Shown: positions 9,228 to 32,157 of the stretch, in pieces | Position numbering within the stretch: the stretch's first letter is position 1 | Layout: every line of letters begins with the position of its first letter | DNA from: Bugula neritina | Lineage: Eukaryota; Animalia; Bryozoa | DNA: 64,000 bases | Assembly (NCBI GenBank): GCA_964035545.1 | Contig: OZ037768.1 | Location: 2,636,741-2,700,740 of the forward strand | Reading direction: 5' to 3' | Made by a program: the position numbers and the translations under genes | Notes under the pieces: generated by a model | Databases searched by the model: none | Seen by the model: the letters and a program-made list of their open reading frames with translations, nothing else | Told to the model about the DNA's origin: nothing

Positions 9228-10237
9228 TTGGTAGAGAATATTTTGCTGTCGAGAAAAAATTATGATGTAAGAGTAAACTTTTCCTTTGGTTGATCAAGCA
9301 AAATTGTTCACTCATTTTTCTCATTTGAGTTGGGTTTTTGTATTTAAATTCTTTAAATATCGATGAGCACACATCATCGTGTAAGTTAGTATAAATTATA
9401 CATTATGATCAAGCTACATAACTAGATTTTCATGCATGTTTTCATCATAGTGGCAATTATATTGTACAATAGAGCTTTATATGTTATTATGGCTGAATTA
9501 CGTACCAATGCATATAATACATATATGCTATGCATTTTAGGATCATGGCATTGTAGTAATTACTTACCATTGACCTATAACTATAATTTATAGTTTCAGT
9601 CCACTGGTCATTACAATGTACCTACAGATGCGGCTTTATCTATATCATTAGTAGATTTCGCTGTACTCAAAGTAAATATATTTATCATAAGATCATGATA
9701 TTGTGGCCGAAGAACATTCTAGAATTAATATGACTGCACATATAGCTCGCTGGTAAACTAGAGTCGAGAATGTGTAAGACACATGCAGACGTAGAGTATA
9801 CTTTGGGTTGTAAAGTCTGCCTCAAACTACTCTGTATTCAGTGTGTATCTACAGCTGGTGTATGTGTCAATGGTAAATGTCTATTTGTTTTCATTAATTA
9901 CTCCGCATGTTAAAATTATTCACAGCTTACACCAATTTCTATTTGCTCAGGTACATCACAGCATACATAACTCACATTGAAAGACTTGATAATGCTAACA
10001 ACAGTAATCTATTGTATATCATTACACACCAACCTAATACATGTCTACTTACATGACTTTCTCTCTCCCTCCATGTGATCCTTTTGTAGCAGTGACAGCG
10101 AATGTGAAGCTTGTTTATATAAAAATCATTTTGAGTTAAAACAAACAAGTGGTGTTGATATAGCTAGGAGTGGATGCAACAATCTGATAAACCCCAACAG
10201 GAAAATTGTTGTGGCAAATAGAATGGGTTGCATGTAC

Positions 10238-10350
10238 GTTATTATAGCCAATAGGATAGGTTGTAAGTTATTATAGCCAATAAGATAGGTTGTAAGTTAT
10301 TATAGCCAATTGCATAGGTTGCAAGTTATTATAGCCAATAGGATAGGTTG
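10238..10350. repeat. 29-bp tandem repeat, about 4 copies
   Basis: GTTATTATAGCCAATAGGATAGGTTGTAA units. Confidence 0.85.
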
Positions 10351-11149
10351 AAAGTCAGAGAATGTGTCTTGAAGCTGTGTATTTAACCATTTTTATGAGT
10401 GTTGGTTGATGAAAATAGCTATAAAAAGACATGGCTGCTTATTTCTGGAGAAATTAATTTCTCCATGGTTTTCTTATGTCATTTCATAAATACGCAAAGT
10501 TCTATCAACAAATTTAGCCAACAACTCCTATATAATTCTCTACTTCGTGAGACTGAAAAAACGTAATCAACTCAAACCACAGGCTCTTGTAGGAGTGTAG
10601 AGTTATAAAAGTGTACCTACCTTATATTCCACCTACTGCATCTATAAGGCATAAAATGTGTAAATAGAAACTATGCCAAATCAGCATATATACAACTGTC
10701 TAGGATAGGTTCAGACCCAACTCCATTCTTATCATTTAGCATGCCTTTGGGAGACATGTGCTCCTTCAACCTGGTTTGTTCCCCTGAGCTTTGGCTGAAA
10801 GCCAAATGAGATCACAGCTATTTGCATAAGTTATAGCAGCGGTTTAAAGTAACGCTGTGTGACAGCTTGTTTTAGATAAACTTTTGTGCTGCTGTTAGAA
10901 AAACTGCAGCTATTGCAACAACAAATTTATAACAATATTTGATTTTTGTTTTTGTAGCAATATTGTATTGAATGTAAATTAGTTAAATGACTCTATAAAC
11001 AGTAGCATACTACAGCACAGGCAACTTTCATTGGAGAAACGTTAAAGTATAGACCCTGTAAAACTATTACACAAAAATAAGTGTATTCTTGCAAAATATA
11101 TTGCAATAATTATTGCGTCTATGATTTCAGGCTTCTAGATGTAGTTAAA

Positions 11150-11260
11150 TCTGCCAACTACCTGTCTGCTACCTGCCAACTACTTGTCAACTACCTGTCA
11201 GCTACCTATCAACTACTTACCAACTACCTGTCAATTACTTGTCAACTACCTGTCAACTGT
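11150..11260. repeat. 11-bp tandem repeat, about 10 copies
   Basis: CTACCTGTCAA-like units. Confidence 0.85.
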
Positions 11261-11331
11261 CCCATGCAGAAGCTACAGTGCAGATTTCATACTGCATTAA
11301 ACAAATATAAAGAATAATTTATCTTTTTCTT

Positions 11332-14300
11332 TTATTGTGTCATCGACTTCTCTACTCCGTAGGCAATGTCCAGAAGTTTTGCTTCTTCAAAATGTTTGCA
11401 TACAATCTGTAAGCCAACTGGTAGACGTTTAGTGTCATTCTAGAAAATTAAGCTAACTTTGTTGAATATCATAAGGAGATGAAGGGGATAGACACACAAT
11501 TATTGCCTTTCTAATTTCTTTTAATTTCTACCAAAACTAAAATGTCTGAAAGAATAACCTACACAACTACTGGTGAAAGACTCTCTAAATTAAAGTATTA
11601 GCACCTCAAATCTTCAACTAAAAGCTGAAACTATAAGTTATACTTTCATATTTATAGTTAAAAATGTTCTTTGATGACAATCAGCCATATTACCCATATT
11701 GCATCTTCTGGTTCAACTTTTCCCACATTCAGAGACAAGGCAGGATGTCCAGTTAAGTTAAAGGGTGCTGTGTTTACATTCTTGGACTGTATTTCTCTGA
11801 TAAATTCTGTATATACAGTAGGATAATTACTTTTGACATAAAGCTATGCTAGATTAATTATAAAAATCTTTGAAATATATGTCATTTTAAACCTGATGTA
11901 GCGTATAAATAAAATGCTATATTGTATATGTTGCCAACAGTGTAATAAAATAACTCCAATTGTATATTTATCAGGTAGAATGGTTTACTTGATGCTAAAT
12001 GCATTATGAATGTAAGTTTAGTAGAATAAAGTGTATTGGTGATCAATAATAACGAAATTTTGCTTCTAAGTCATTGTGAAATTCAGAGAGTAGAAGTTTA
12101 CCTTTAGGTGTGAGATCCAGGGGTGGTAGCTTTACAGCAACAAATGGTATGGTAGGCATAATCAAGGCATCATATTTCTCTAAGACATCATTGTATGCTT
12201 TTCTTAGTGTAGGTCTACAGTTCATTGCTCTAGCAACCATCTGATTTCCTGGAAGTACGCAAAAATATTCTTTAAAAGCTGGCACTTGAAGATTTAAATA
12301 AAATTAATTGACCGTGTAAAACACAATGGCTGTTCAATTTAATTGGATATACGTCAACAGTTTTGAAATTACCATCTTTTCTTCTGATAAATTCTCCAAA
12401 CATGGTGTATGCCTTAACTGGTGGTGACATATCGTGAGCTCTAACCTGTAATTAACCATATGGCACATTTTCTCAATCCATATTCGATCTATATATCAAA
12501 TATGGATTAAAAATAATTATGTTTGAAAATTGCTACAGAGAGTATAATATGGACAGATCTTATGAATAGGAAAATTTCTTTTGGTAACAGCAATGAGCAA
12601 ACAATTGTGAATTTATATTCAAACTTGAAGAAAACTCCTACTACAACCTTACATAACATTTGTTTTATTTCCTTTTTAAGCAGACTTGATCTATATTATT
12701 TTAGTAGCTGGGAGACCACGAAGTTTCATAAAAACTCCTTTTACCTACTCAGGTAAAACCAGCATACCTACATACATCTCAGTACAGCATATCCTTGATA
12801 AATTAAAGTGCAGGTCAACTGCGAGGTCGAGACTATCTAAGGTCACATTTTAAAGTCATATTTATGTGCTCCAACTTTAATAAAATTACTTCCTTAAGCT
12901 TGGCCTCAACTAGGTGATTCCTTAAATTTTGAAGTTTATATTACCTGCATAGCTTGCTTGAAATGGCGTAATGCAGACACATTGTACATCTCATTGAAAC
13001 CTGGTGGTTGGCCATAATTCTTAATCATGCTTTCATAAAATGCTGGCAACAAAGCCATCCATAGTGATTCGCCTATTCAAAACATTATCAATCCATTATA
13101 AACCTATTTTTGTAAGATGTTTTATAAACTTAGCAAAGCACAATTTATTCAGACGACACCAGCAAAATACGAAAGTGCAGAGCCTTTTGCTTTCTACTGA
13201 GGTGTGTTCAAGATTGTTGCATGCTACATTGCACTAGAGAGTTTGTAGCTCACAGATGTGATAAGCTGAACAGCCAAATCTCACGTAAAATTGAAAAACA
13301 AAGCAATAAAGTTTTACAACTATAAAAAAGCAAAATAATGTTTTAATGCTCAACTCCCATCATGCACGTAGGAAAATTATGTAACTCAAGTTCTTGCTTC
13401 TTGCATTTATTCCTAAGCCATTAAATTATAAAAAAAGTTTATAATTGTCTTCATTGTTTCTTAGCTGTTCATACCTGCCTGCATGCAGTTGTAATAATTA
13501 TTAAATAATTGACAGTGTACTTTGTGCATGAAGAGGTATGCTGACTTCTTCTACGACAGCCCCTGACTCTCTCAGTTTAGTAATCACATGACTCATTACA
13601 GACTTCACACCACCAAAAGCTTTTCCAGAACCTTCTTTGACATAACCAAACTTTACTCCAGCTAAATCACCTGTCAGCTGAATATGGTATGTAGAGTTTA
13701 TATGGTAGTTGCTATTAACATTTAAATAATTATATATAAGGTTTCATTAAACTTGAGACGTACCAGCTGACTATATTTTGGTATGACTACGTGAGGATTC
13801 TGCCTATGATCTCTACCATCATCATATCCTGCAATGACCTCTAGTAACTTAGCCACATCAGTGACATTAGAGGCCATTGGGCCCAGGTGGTCAAATGATG
13901 GTTCACAACCTGTAAAGCAATGAGCAGTTCTAATTAGCTTTAGAAATAATATTTTCAAGTAATCTCTACCAAACTATAAATATCTGTTGAACATCCTTTT
14001 TCAGATGGAACATATTTCTGCTGTCAATCATGTATGCTTAGCCGATATATAAATTAAATCAAGATTTGTCAAAGTAGAAGCCCATTTTTCTGCGGCTAAA
14101 GCAAATTTTATTCATATATCTGATTTTAGGATGCTTAAAAAGATAAAGAGGAAAAAATAAAACATACAATTAGTCTATAATATTCTGAACACTCTAAAAC
14201 TTCAATTTTCTAGAAATATTAAAGTTTGCCAAAATTAGATTGCAGATATAAAAAATACCAGCCAAAAATAACATCAACAATGCAAACTTGCGTTATTCAA

Positions 14301-17300
14301 AGCTGGGACAATTGTTTCACTGTATAAAAACACTTAACTGAGCCCATGTTGATATATAAATGATGCTGAATGGGTTTCTAAGAATAGCTTATAATAAGAA
14401 ACAGGTGCAGCAACAAAGCTGTTTTACAATTTCTGCATTTCAATAAAACTCTAAGCAAAATATTGGCTTCTAATTTCTCTAAAGAAGAAGTTGTTAGAAT
14501 GGATTGCTGAAGCTTCTTTATTGTATTCTCCTTCCAATGACGCTGTAGCTTGCTTATGGCTTTAAAAACTTGTTTAATCATAATATATTGCGTTTGAAGA
14601 TGTCAATAAAGCACTTTTAGGTAGTTTAAAAGTGCATTGCTAATTGGCTATTAGAATTTAATTTTCTGAATTTCATATCATTACAGCCGAAGAGTTTTGT
14701 CAAATCTGATAAGTGTGGCCATTCATATATCAAAAATATAATCATATAAGTATCATATGCCTTAATACATACGATATGCAACAACTGGACTCAACTTTAT
14801 ATAGGTATAAGTGTATAAATCTAAATATGTAATCTATTACTTTAGCTGTTACCATAATATACATCTTATATATTGCAATATTCTACTCAACCCAATGATC
14901 CAGTGACCGGAACTAAACCAAATGTAGCCTTAAGTCCTACACAACCAGACCAACAGCTAGGAAGGCGTACAGACCCTCCCTGATCACCTCCAATAGCCAT
15001 GTCCACTTCGCCAGTTGCCACCTAAGCAGTAAATTATACTGTGCTGTTTACATCATATAGTTTTTGAGTAAAACAAAGTAAGAAGTGTAAACAAATTACT
15101 GAAACTCCCAGTAAAATAAGATTTCAAAACGTCTTTGCTGAAAAGTTTTTATTTGTAAAATTTTACCAGAACAGCACTCCCAGAGCTGGATCCACCTGCA
15201 GACCTGGTGACATCATGAGGGTTGAGTACTGGACCACTCGCACTGGTGAAACTGTTCCCTGAGCAACACTGGTTTTCACATGTTGACTTTCCGACAATAG
15301 TTCCACCTACAACATGCATAACCTATAAATAGTAAAACTAAAGGAATAGTTGATAGTATAGTTTAGGAAGACAGTGTGATAGCTTGGTCCATTGTCATTG
15401 TTATATGTAAATTCATCTAGCTTATAGAACAGCAGTTGTGGTGGTATAATGGCTAGAGTTGCCGCCCCCCCCCCCCCCCCCCTATAATACATGCTGTGCT
15501 GGGCTGGTAAAGCAACCCACCCATCCTCCTATCATAGCCATTGATGATAATATTATACTAAATAGCATCTGGTCATAATTGTTCCTGTACCACATTAAGG
15601 AGCTTTAAGCTATTTAGCTATGATGATTTAGGGGGGCATGTCTATAGCCTGCCTCAATACTTTTAGCATCCAAATAGAACTATGACTATACATAATCATA
15701 CTTGGGAGTTTGTAAAGGATTAGCTTTTTTATATTTACATTCATTCGCTTATATAAAAACTACTAGAGTTTCTTAGACAAATTTCTCAAATATAAAAAAT
15801 AACAGACAAACTAGTTTATTTATATGCAAAATTGTTGTGATAGAAAACAGATTAATGACTTTTTTCAACAAATACCAAGGTGGCATTTATGGTAAATTAT
15901 ATAGTGTAATAAATAGTACTGCTTCAGCCCGCAATGGCTTAGCATCAAACTTCTTCTAGGGAACCTCAAGCTCAGAAAACACTGTATCAATTATCAAATC
16001 TATCATCAGACCTGCAAAAACAATTTTTTAAGATTTCAAATTACATCTCAACATGAGAGAAAATAATATTAAAAAAAAAAATGTTTACTAACATCTTTCT
16101 GCTAAGTTTATACCTGCTTGCAGTATTCTCGTAACTACTGTAGCATCAAACTCTGGGGTGTATCCTTCCCATATTTTAGATCCATTAGTAAGTGGAGTTC
16201 CAGCAACAAATACATTGTCTTTTACTGCTATGGTTTTTCCAGCTAAGATTCCAGAACTTTCTCCTTTGATTTCCACTTTAGTTGCCCTAAAAAGAGATAA
16301 TAACTCCACACAATAATATAAAAATTTGAATAACAGCTACATGTTGCATTTTTGTGAATAATATACTATAAATTTTCTTTTTACCAGGCATTGTATGGGT
16401 TATCTTTTCTTGCTGGTTTCACACCTGGAATCCTAGGGTACAGAACGGGAGTTGTCTCCTCTTCAATTAACCTCAACCCATCACAAGTTTTTAACCAGGT
16501 GTTGATCACATCTGCATGCCATTAGACCAATATTAGACACTATGTTATATTGTAAGATTTCAGCACAAGTTGCAGCATTAAATAATTAAGTCCACTACAA
16601 TCAATACACACAGTGTATGGAGTAGACAGTGGCATCGTTAAGTCTTGGTCTTGGTCGGACTACGGAACCACTTTTCAATGGTGTATTGAGGAAGCATAAC
16701 TGACATATGTCAACCTATGGTGGTTTACATATTTTCCCAAGTATATTTTACACTGCTTTAACACCTATGAAGTATAAGAGGCCTGAAAACTTAAGCAGTT
16801 GAAATCAGTAAGTCTGTGTTCTAGATAAAATATATTTTGAGGGAGAAGTTCAACTCACAACATAAACCAAAATGAATGGATAACCAGCAGGCTATTTAAA
16901 TTTCTGTTACTGCATCTAGCTGCATATTAAAATCACGCCATTTTCATCTCTACAAGTTTGACCACTTTCAACAGCTTGTGGCTATAGGCTAGCCCAGAAT
17001 AACGAGAGAATATTTCTCTGTAGCCTCTATTGATAACGTTGCAAGTTGGCTAACAGGAGTACTCTATGTTTCTTACAACTGACCTAAATACTCTTGGATT
17101 TGGTCTTCATTGATTCCAAGATTGAGATCTGCTGAAATCTGAGATAAATCTGCAGAAGAAGCTGGTTCAACCAAAGGGATATCTGCAACAAAACACATCA
17201 AATGTGGTGTACACAAAGTCTCAAATAAACCATTAATTTTTACAATTGGTAATACTTAGGAAAAATATTTATCAGTTCAAATAGAAAGCATAGATTTGAT

Positions 17301-17665
17301 GAAAATGATACACCATTGCCAATACAAACTACAAGGTGCATGGAGTCAAATGTTTGTTCCATTATTACTTACATATTTCAAGTTAGATGGGTGCAAAGTG
17401 CACACAGATATTATGCACTGGTCATGTAGTAAACCAATATATGCACAAATTATTTGGCAATTTTTCTGGCTGTGTTATAATTATTTTTTTTTATAAATAT
17501 AGCAACAAAACATCACATGTGCAATAATCTCCTTGCCTTCAGAGTTTTCATCAGCAAGCATTGATATTATTACTTAGATGCCCATCTGTGTACATAGACA
17601 TTATAAGACTTATAAACAAGGTTAGACTCAAATGTTAGCTACTGAGTAATATACTCACACGACAT
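11332..17665 (-). CDS. Amidase-signature family amidase (multi-exon, about 13 exons)
   Basis: Exons encode IAVKDN (catalytic Lys, ~16220), GGSSSGS (~15180-15200), [20 protein letters not shown] (14892-15022), [24 protein letters not shown] and LPVGLQIV...*. The start ATG TCG T|GT at 17665 joins in frame to the exon beginning at 17182. Confidence 0.9.
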
Positions 17666-19116
17666 CTCCTTGCTATTCATTCTTCACCTAGTAAACTACA
17701 TGTGGTTAAATCAACACAAAAGCTATAATTCAGTAATGGTTAAAGATACAGTTGGTCAACCCTTTTGTTAGTAGTTAATACAAACAAGAATATGCTTTTA
17801 ATGGTACCCTATATCTAACCAGTGGTGGATATAAAATGGCATATACCCCTTAATCACTATGAAAAAAACTTAGGTTTTAATCTATCAAAGTCATATCTTA
17901 TAAATGTATGGATAGCCAAAATTAATAGTAGCTTCTTTTTGGAAATCTTCAGGCAAAACCCTGCCAGTTGGGGAGACCAACGAGTTAAATAAAAAAGAAG
18001 ATAACTCTGATTCTTTAATTAGAAAGTATGTTTAATATATTGACATTTTAGATTTTTAACTGCATGTATTATATAATAATATTGTTATTATATATCACTA
18101 TTTTTGAATGGGTTTATATTATGCATATCTTCTTTGTAGTAAGAATTGACGTATGTTTCAACATAGAATTTAATAGTTATATAACTGTTATGCTGTCCAG
18201 TTTTCTCATATATTTATTTTGATGCAATATATATTTTATGTGCAAGTTATTTGAATGACGGTATTGAAATATATGTATATTTAAATAAACTTGGATCAAT
18301 TGCTTGTTATGTAGCACATAGATAAATTCCTTTGATCTGCATTAACTTATCAATTTTGCATTTTATATACTTCCTGTTGTTAGAAAAGATATTGTGCTAA
18401 TAAGTATTCATTAAAGATAATACCTATTATTAATGTATTAGCGCTTTTTTGTCCCATACACATATCTGTGAAAATAGGAATATTATCCCAGATAATTTTT
18501 ATTAGCTGTTATAGCTATTAGCTATAGCTATTTAGCAATGGATGCAACATTTATATGGGTATATATTACAGGTATATTGCCGTAGGTAATGGTACCTAAA
18601 TAAAAAACTGGGAAGCGTTCAAGTGGGAGAAAACTTGTTGCTACGGTGTGTTTTGTGTCACAAATTGTGTATGTTTTGCGTTTATAAATTTACAAAATTA
18701 GGGTTTATTATTTGCATGATTTATCTAAGAAATGGAAGAAAAGGATAATGAAAATTTACAAAATGAAAATATAAAGAAATAATAAATTTTACAAAAGGTA
18801 GTGGTTTGCATGAAAAAGGCAGATAATTATGAAATTATCAGTAAAAGCATCATTTATCAATATGGGATAATATATACATATGAATCAATACAGAGTACTA
18901 TAATATTATATACATGAAACACTTTTTAGTTATTGCAGAAATATTCTACACAAAGTCACTGAGGCATCAGAACTTGTGAATTTTACAGCAGCATCTCTTC
19001 AGTCAATCTGAATATTATAATTATTTCAGTTTAAACTAGAAGCATAGCTAACTGGCTAGACACACAATACACCATGTTATATGAGATGTTATACAATAGA
19101 TGGGAGGGAGGACAAC

Positions 19117-26943
<7,827 letters not shown>

Positions 26944-27095
26944 AAATAATTATATTTTGAACTAATTCTGAAAGTATTTAAGTGCAATTGAATAGTAAAT
27001 ACTATTAAGTATCAAATCTCGAGAACAGCCAGAAGCGATTATAATAATTAGACTAGCAACAATACGCACCATGAAAACAGTGAATTTTCCACAAA

Positions 27096-27106
27096 CCCCG
27101 CGAAAA
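27096..27106 (-). promoter_or_regulatory. E2F-like site upstream of MCM2
   Basis: TTTTCGCGGGG on the minus strand about 160 bp 5' of the ATG. MCM genes are established E2F targets. Confidence 0.55.
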
Positions 27107-29011
27107 CCGTTCAAGGACTAGTGATAGTTATAGTTTTATAAATGCATTACGGACATCACTTGTACACTTCGAAAATTATTTTGAATTTCTTAAAATGAGG
27201 CAATGGGAATTACCCAATCGCAGAAAGTTAGAAATGCGTGCTTTCTATACATTTGCTAATATTAAAGAGAACAACTCCTACTTTGACACTATCACTCTTC
27301 AAATTTAGTGTAAGCTTTAGTTCTCTTAGATCTTAGGAAGCTAACCAGTATGCAATAGGACGTGATTGGAAAAATAAAGTTTAGCAACTTTATAGTGATG
27401 AAAAATAAATGTAGCAGTTAAATTTATACATCATTAGTTGGCCATAGCCATCCTGATAAAGACGATAATAACTATTGAAGAAAAAGCAATATTTGAAAAG
27501 TTGCATAATACAATTAGGACAAATTGTATTTTGTCAAAGTATGTACATATTGCTTCATTAACTTCACTAGATGATTTTGAAATTGTTTTCTGGTTGTTTC
27601 TATCACAAAGATTAACTGTATTATTTCACATAGCACTAATTTGTTGTGTTTTATATGAGCAACTTACAAACTTTATATCAACTATAATTTTTTAAGAACC
27701 AGTTTTAGTCTTAATATTTATGACATGAGAAGTTTAACTGTAAAATAAAACAGCCACAGTTATTACTTAGAAACTTATTACTAGAGACTTCGAACCGACG
27801 GAATACTTTTCTACATCTAAGACATTTGTATAGTTATTTTTGCTTTGAATGTTTTTAGCTAATTGTACCTTGAAATTAACAGTAAAAGTCACTCCATACT
27901 ATCGGATATAAAACGTTAAGGTTTGCAGATTAAATTAGACAGAAAATATTCATAATTATAGTTCTATACTAATGTTTTTTGATGAGCTTAGTTTAGTATA
28001 ACATTGTTTAGTAAATAAGTATCTTCACTTTGCAAAATATCCTTAATGTTGATCTTGAGCGATAATAGAAACTTCAGCCCTTTGGATGAAGCCCCATTGT
28101 GTTGGATGTATAAGTAAGTCCACGGTGTATTACATATCAAATGCATACGTGATTTAGCCACTGTACATAATATATAATATAACCACTATTCAATAGCGTT
28201 TATTGTAGCAAATTATATACTCTATTATCATTATTTATTAGCTACAGAATGATATGTTATATTGACATTTCCAAGCGACCAATCAGCTTTGAGATAGCGT
28301 AGCTGATTTTTCTATACATTCCATTCACAACACATTATGCACACCATCACCATGATACGTGGATATCTGCAGCGTGCTGCAGGTTGGCCAATAAATGAAA
28401 TCACATTTACCTAACATATCAAAATTTATTTATTAAACATTTTATTTCACAGGTGTCAAAATACAGAACTTCATAGTACGTTTTCAATTTATCCTTTTAC
28501 ACTCATGAAACAAAATATTTAAATAACATTTTGATCAGTACCTTTGCACATAATGAATTTCACTGCATTTCCATTACTTCACAAAATGGATGCTTGTATG
28601 GATAAATTTGTAGTTACGGTTTCATTCCATATGCAACTGTTTTCAAACATCAAATGAAAAATCCATTTTTATGATGCATGGAAACGCAGTGAGTAGCAAA
28701 CTATCAGCCAACCAAAATGTAATAGTGCAAAGAGAATTTTATATTCATCAATTGCCAGATACACGTATGTAATAAGTTTAAGATAAATGCATCGGACATT
28801 TGATTCTTTATAAAAAACTTTTTATAAAACTAAGAGTCAAAAAACTTGGTTGTTTAGCCTCTTTAGTATTACACATGCATATCAAAAATATATTTTCTCA
28901 ATTTAAAAATAATAAAAAATTATGGTTTTCGGATTGATTCTTTTGTTTTAGAAAAATGAATTTATAAATTATGAAATGAGTTTTTATGAATTTTTGATGG
29001 TGTGAAATCTT

Positions 29012-31109
29012 TTATGAAATGTTGCAGCCGGTGGTATTACTGCCTCTTCTGCATTGCGGGGAGATCATTCCTTGAAGACGAAATTTCACTCTCTCATAGG
29101 TCAAGATGAAGGATTGGCGGTTCTCTATGCTATTGTAGAACCTGTCATGTGTCAGACTGTGTTTCTCCTTGTGCAGTCTCCACATGGCGTTAGTTATCTC
29201 CCTTGGTAGTTGTCTGCAGTTGAATCTTGCAGTCTTTATTTTGTCTCCTGTCAACAGAATCTGAGGCTAAGCATTGATTATTGATCATATATATAAATAT
29301 ACTAATTATATTCAAATAAAATCTATTCCCCAAAATTTGCAGTTACTGCAGTGTATCATATTCACATAAATTTTCATTAGAAAAATCAACTATTATTATG
29401 AATTAGTTAAAGTCTATAGTTATTTATTTTATCTTCTATTTAATATATTTTATTAGATTCAATAAAATAAATATATAATGCATGCATGTAGTCACAGCGT
29501 TTAGCCATGGCATTAAAGTTATGTATATATATTATACAGGCATAAAATTTTATAATAACTATATATGATATAATTCAAAAATAAAATTATTCCAAACAAA
29601 ATTAATTTCAAGCAAAGCACAAGCAGACGCTAATGCCTATGCTACGCAATGCTACGTTACATTTGTAGTACCAGCAAAATATGGCGCTACTCAAACACAG
29701 TGTTGGCTTATGGATTGTGTTGAACTTGGTCACTGTTTGTTCAATTCAGTGTCATCATGGTGGTTTTGTCATAACACAGCTATAGAAATTACAGCAGTTT
29801 TAGTTTTAGGTTTCATAAAATCTCTATCTAATTGCCAGGGGAAGAAAATGCATATCTCCTAAATGAGTTTGCCAATGTTGAACATAAATGCTATAGCTGC
29901 AATTTTTTTATTATATCACATGATAACAATATTTATTGAAATCCTAAGAGCATTATTACATAACATGTAGAAGCAGTACTTCATACGGCAATAGTGAAAC
30001 ATTTTAAAAAAACAACGAGTTCCAAAAAATGGCTATTTTTTAAAAATAGTCAGCAAATTGTAAACTGCTTGGCAGTCATAAATGACTCAGCGAGTATTAA
30101 GATACTAACTGGAGTTATCCTCTTTTTAATAAAGCTTGTCTATCAAACTTATACCCTGTACAATACAAGTTACAGATTTTTATATAAGCTGCATAAAAAA
30201 ACTTTGAAATGTTTTTTTTTCAAAAAGTTCAAAGTGTTATATTGTCAGTTGAAATAAATAGTATTTTCAGAAACTATTGAATAAAAAGAAAGACAGGGTT
30301 TATCTCCTGCCCTCCCTCTAATCACACAAACTGAGAAGCTCAAGCTATTTACGGCTGCATTTTGTGTGATGCTTACAAAATGACATGGTGTGGACTTTTT
30401 CATTTAGATATAAATATATTATATACATTGCAATTGTATATACTTTCAAATGTTAAGCTAATAAAATACTAGCGTCCGTGGTGACATTAAACAAGTTAGA
30501 AACCATGTAACTTTTAGCAAAACTTTTGCACATTTCTAAGATAATGGGGGCGTATAATGTTCTATTAAACAGTATAATGTGAGTTTTTATATATTTTTAT
30601 AGTTTTACAACATTACAGCAAAATTTCATTTTGAGCAAAAACATCTCAAATTAAATTATGTTCATGTTTCTAAATACATACAATCATTGCTTTCTATTTT
30701 TATTAAAATTTAAGTATTTAAACTAATTAACTGGTAAAATTATAATATATAAAATTGCTTTATTACAAATTGTACAACATTTTAAAACTTATAGTTTTAA
30801 ATCTAGTGGGTCCTATTTTATTACAATGTGAGTTTTTCAAAGACCACTTCGTTACACTGTATTTTATTAAAACAATTTTAATAAACTTTCAACCGGCCCA
30901 TTATATTATAAACATTATGCACATCACCCTAGTACTACGTAGAACTATAACAGTTTAGCATTCAGTCTATACTCACCTAAGCTGTTTCCAGTAGCAAAGA
31001 AGTACTCAGTCAATATGAATTCAAGGTCTTTAGATAGCCTGATGACCATTTCAAAGTCATTGGCAGAATATGGATCTCTGCAGACGTAAGTGCTTGATGT
31101 GTTGCCCAT
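29012..31109 (-). CDS. HEPN/DUF4145-like small protein A (122 aa), with N-myristoylation and CaaX signals and a degenerate catalytic motif
   Basis: Exons 30977-31109 and 29012-29247 are joined by a phase-1 GT-AG intron, giving MGNTSS...NDFEMVIRLSKDLEFIL...KEKHSLTHD...GCNIS*. TATA-like TATATAA at 31427-31433 and a probable 5' UTR exon near 31368-31400. Confidence 0.8.
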
Positions 31110-31805
31110 GCTGATTAGTTTGTCGCTAAAGTTAGGCTAAAACAAAAAAGTTTTCTCAAAGGCAAAATTTAAAACTCGTGTAATATGCCTGTAATGAGCA
31201 TTACGAAAAAAAGCTCATTTTGTGTTAAAATAAAAGCACTAAAGAATTAAGAAGAAAAACTATGAAAAAGTTGATTAGTATATTATCATATAATAAAGCC
31301 AAGTAATAGTTTCTATACTGAGCATATTCGTGCTGTTGCTGCAGGCAAGTATATATAAAAGTTTTACCTGTTGAATCCAAGATGGAGCAGTGCTATGTGG
31401 TCTCTGTTTGGTGCTGAAGTGTCTGCTTATATAGCTGCTTATTCAAGGCCATCTATTGGTAGATAAATATATCATGCATAGCTGATGGTCACAGGTTACT
31501 CGTCAATTTCACTTCATAAATAGAAGACAATTCCCAAGTTAACAATGTTATCTCATTCAAGTAACAATTTCTTATCACTAATGTAATAGTATTAATTTGA
31601 ATCAAATAATAATTTGAATTTAGTAGTTATCTTCTCATTGGTTTTTTTCTATCAAGGAACTGATCAATTTATAATTAAATTAGCCTTTTTGTATGTATCT
31701 AGTTTATTCCGCTGTATTTGTCCCGTACCAATTTGTAAACTACAAACGTCTCGTAACTTTGTTGTAGAGTTGCCTTCACATGCACACCTATTCTATAACC
31801 TATAG

Positions 31806-32035
31806 CAGGGGTGGGCAACTTTGTTTGCATGAGGGCCAAGTTTAGAAGTCAGCTAAAACAAAGAGCCAGATAATTGTATACATTTTAAGTTTTATTATAG
31901 TAAGGTAATTTGTCACCAAACCTATACTGTGGTTATCAGAATGCATCTAACAGTTTTACTTATCATAAGCCTTAAAAGAGCCACTGAAAAGTCTTAGGCA
32001 AAGGGTTACAGGTGGCCCCTAGTTGCCCACCCCTG
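31806..32035. mobile_element. hAT (Charlie-like) MITE
   Basis: TIRs CAGGGGTGGGCAACT / AGTTGCCCACCCCTG. The flanks ACCTATAG and CTCTATAG resemble an 8-bp TSD (6/8 match). Confidence 0.75.
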
Positions 32036-32068
32036 CTCTATAGTCATTGAATTGTTATATAACTATAT

Positions 32069-32157
32069 AGCTCTAAGTTGGGGGTGACTGAGTGCAGTAG
32101 TTTGGAGTTGGGGAACTAACTCCAAACTACTGCACTCAGTCACCCCAATTTGGAGCT
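32069..32157. mobile_element. Short palindromic MITE-like element
   Basis: GGGGTGACTGAGTGCAGTAGTTTGGAGTT / AACTCCAAACTACTGCACTCAGTCACCCC hairpin. A related copy lies at 60977-61115. Confidence 0.7.
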
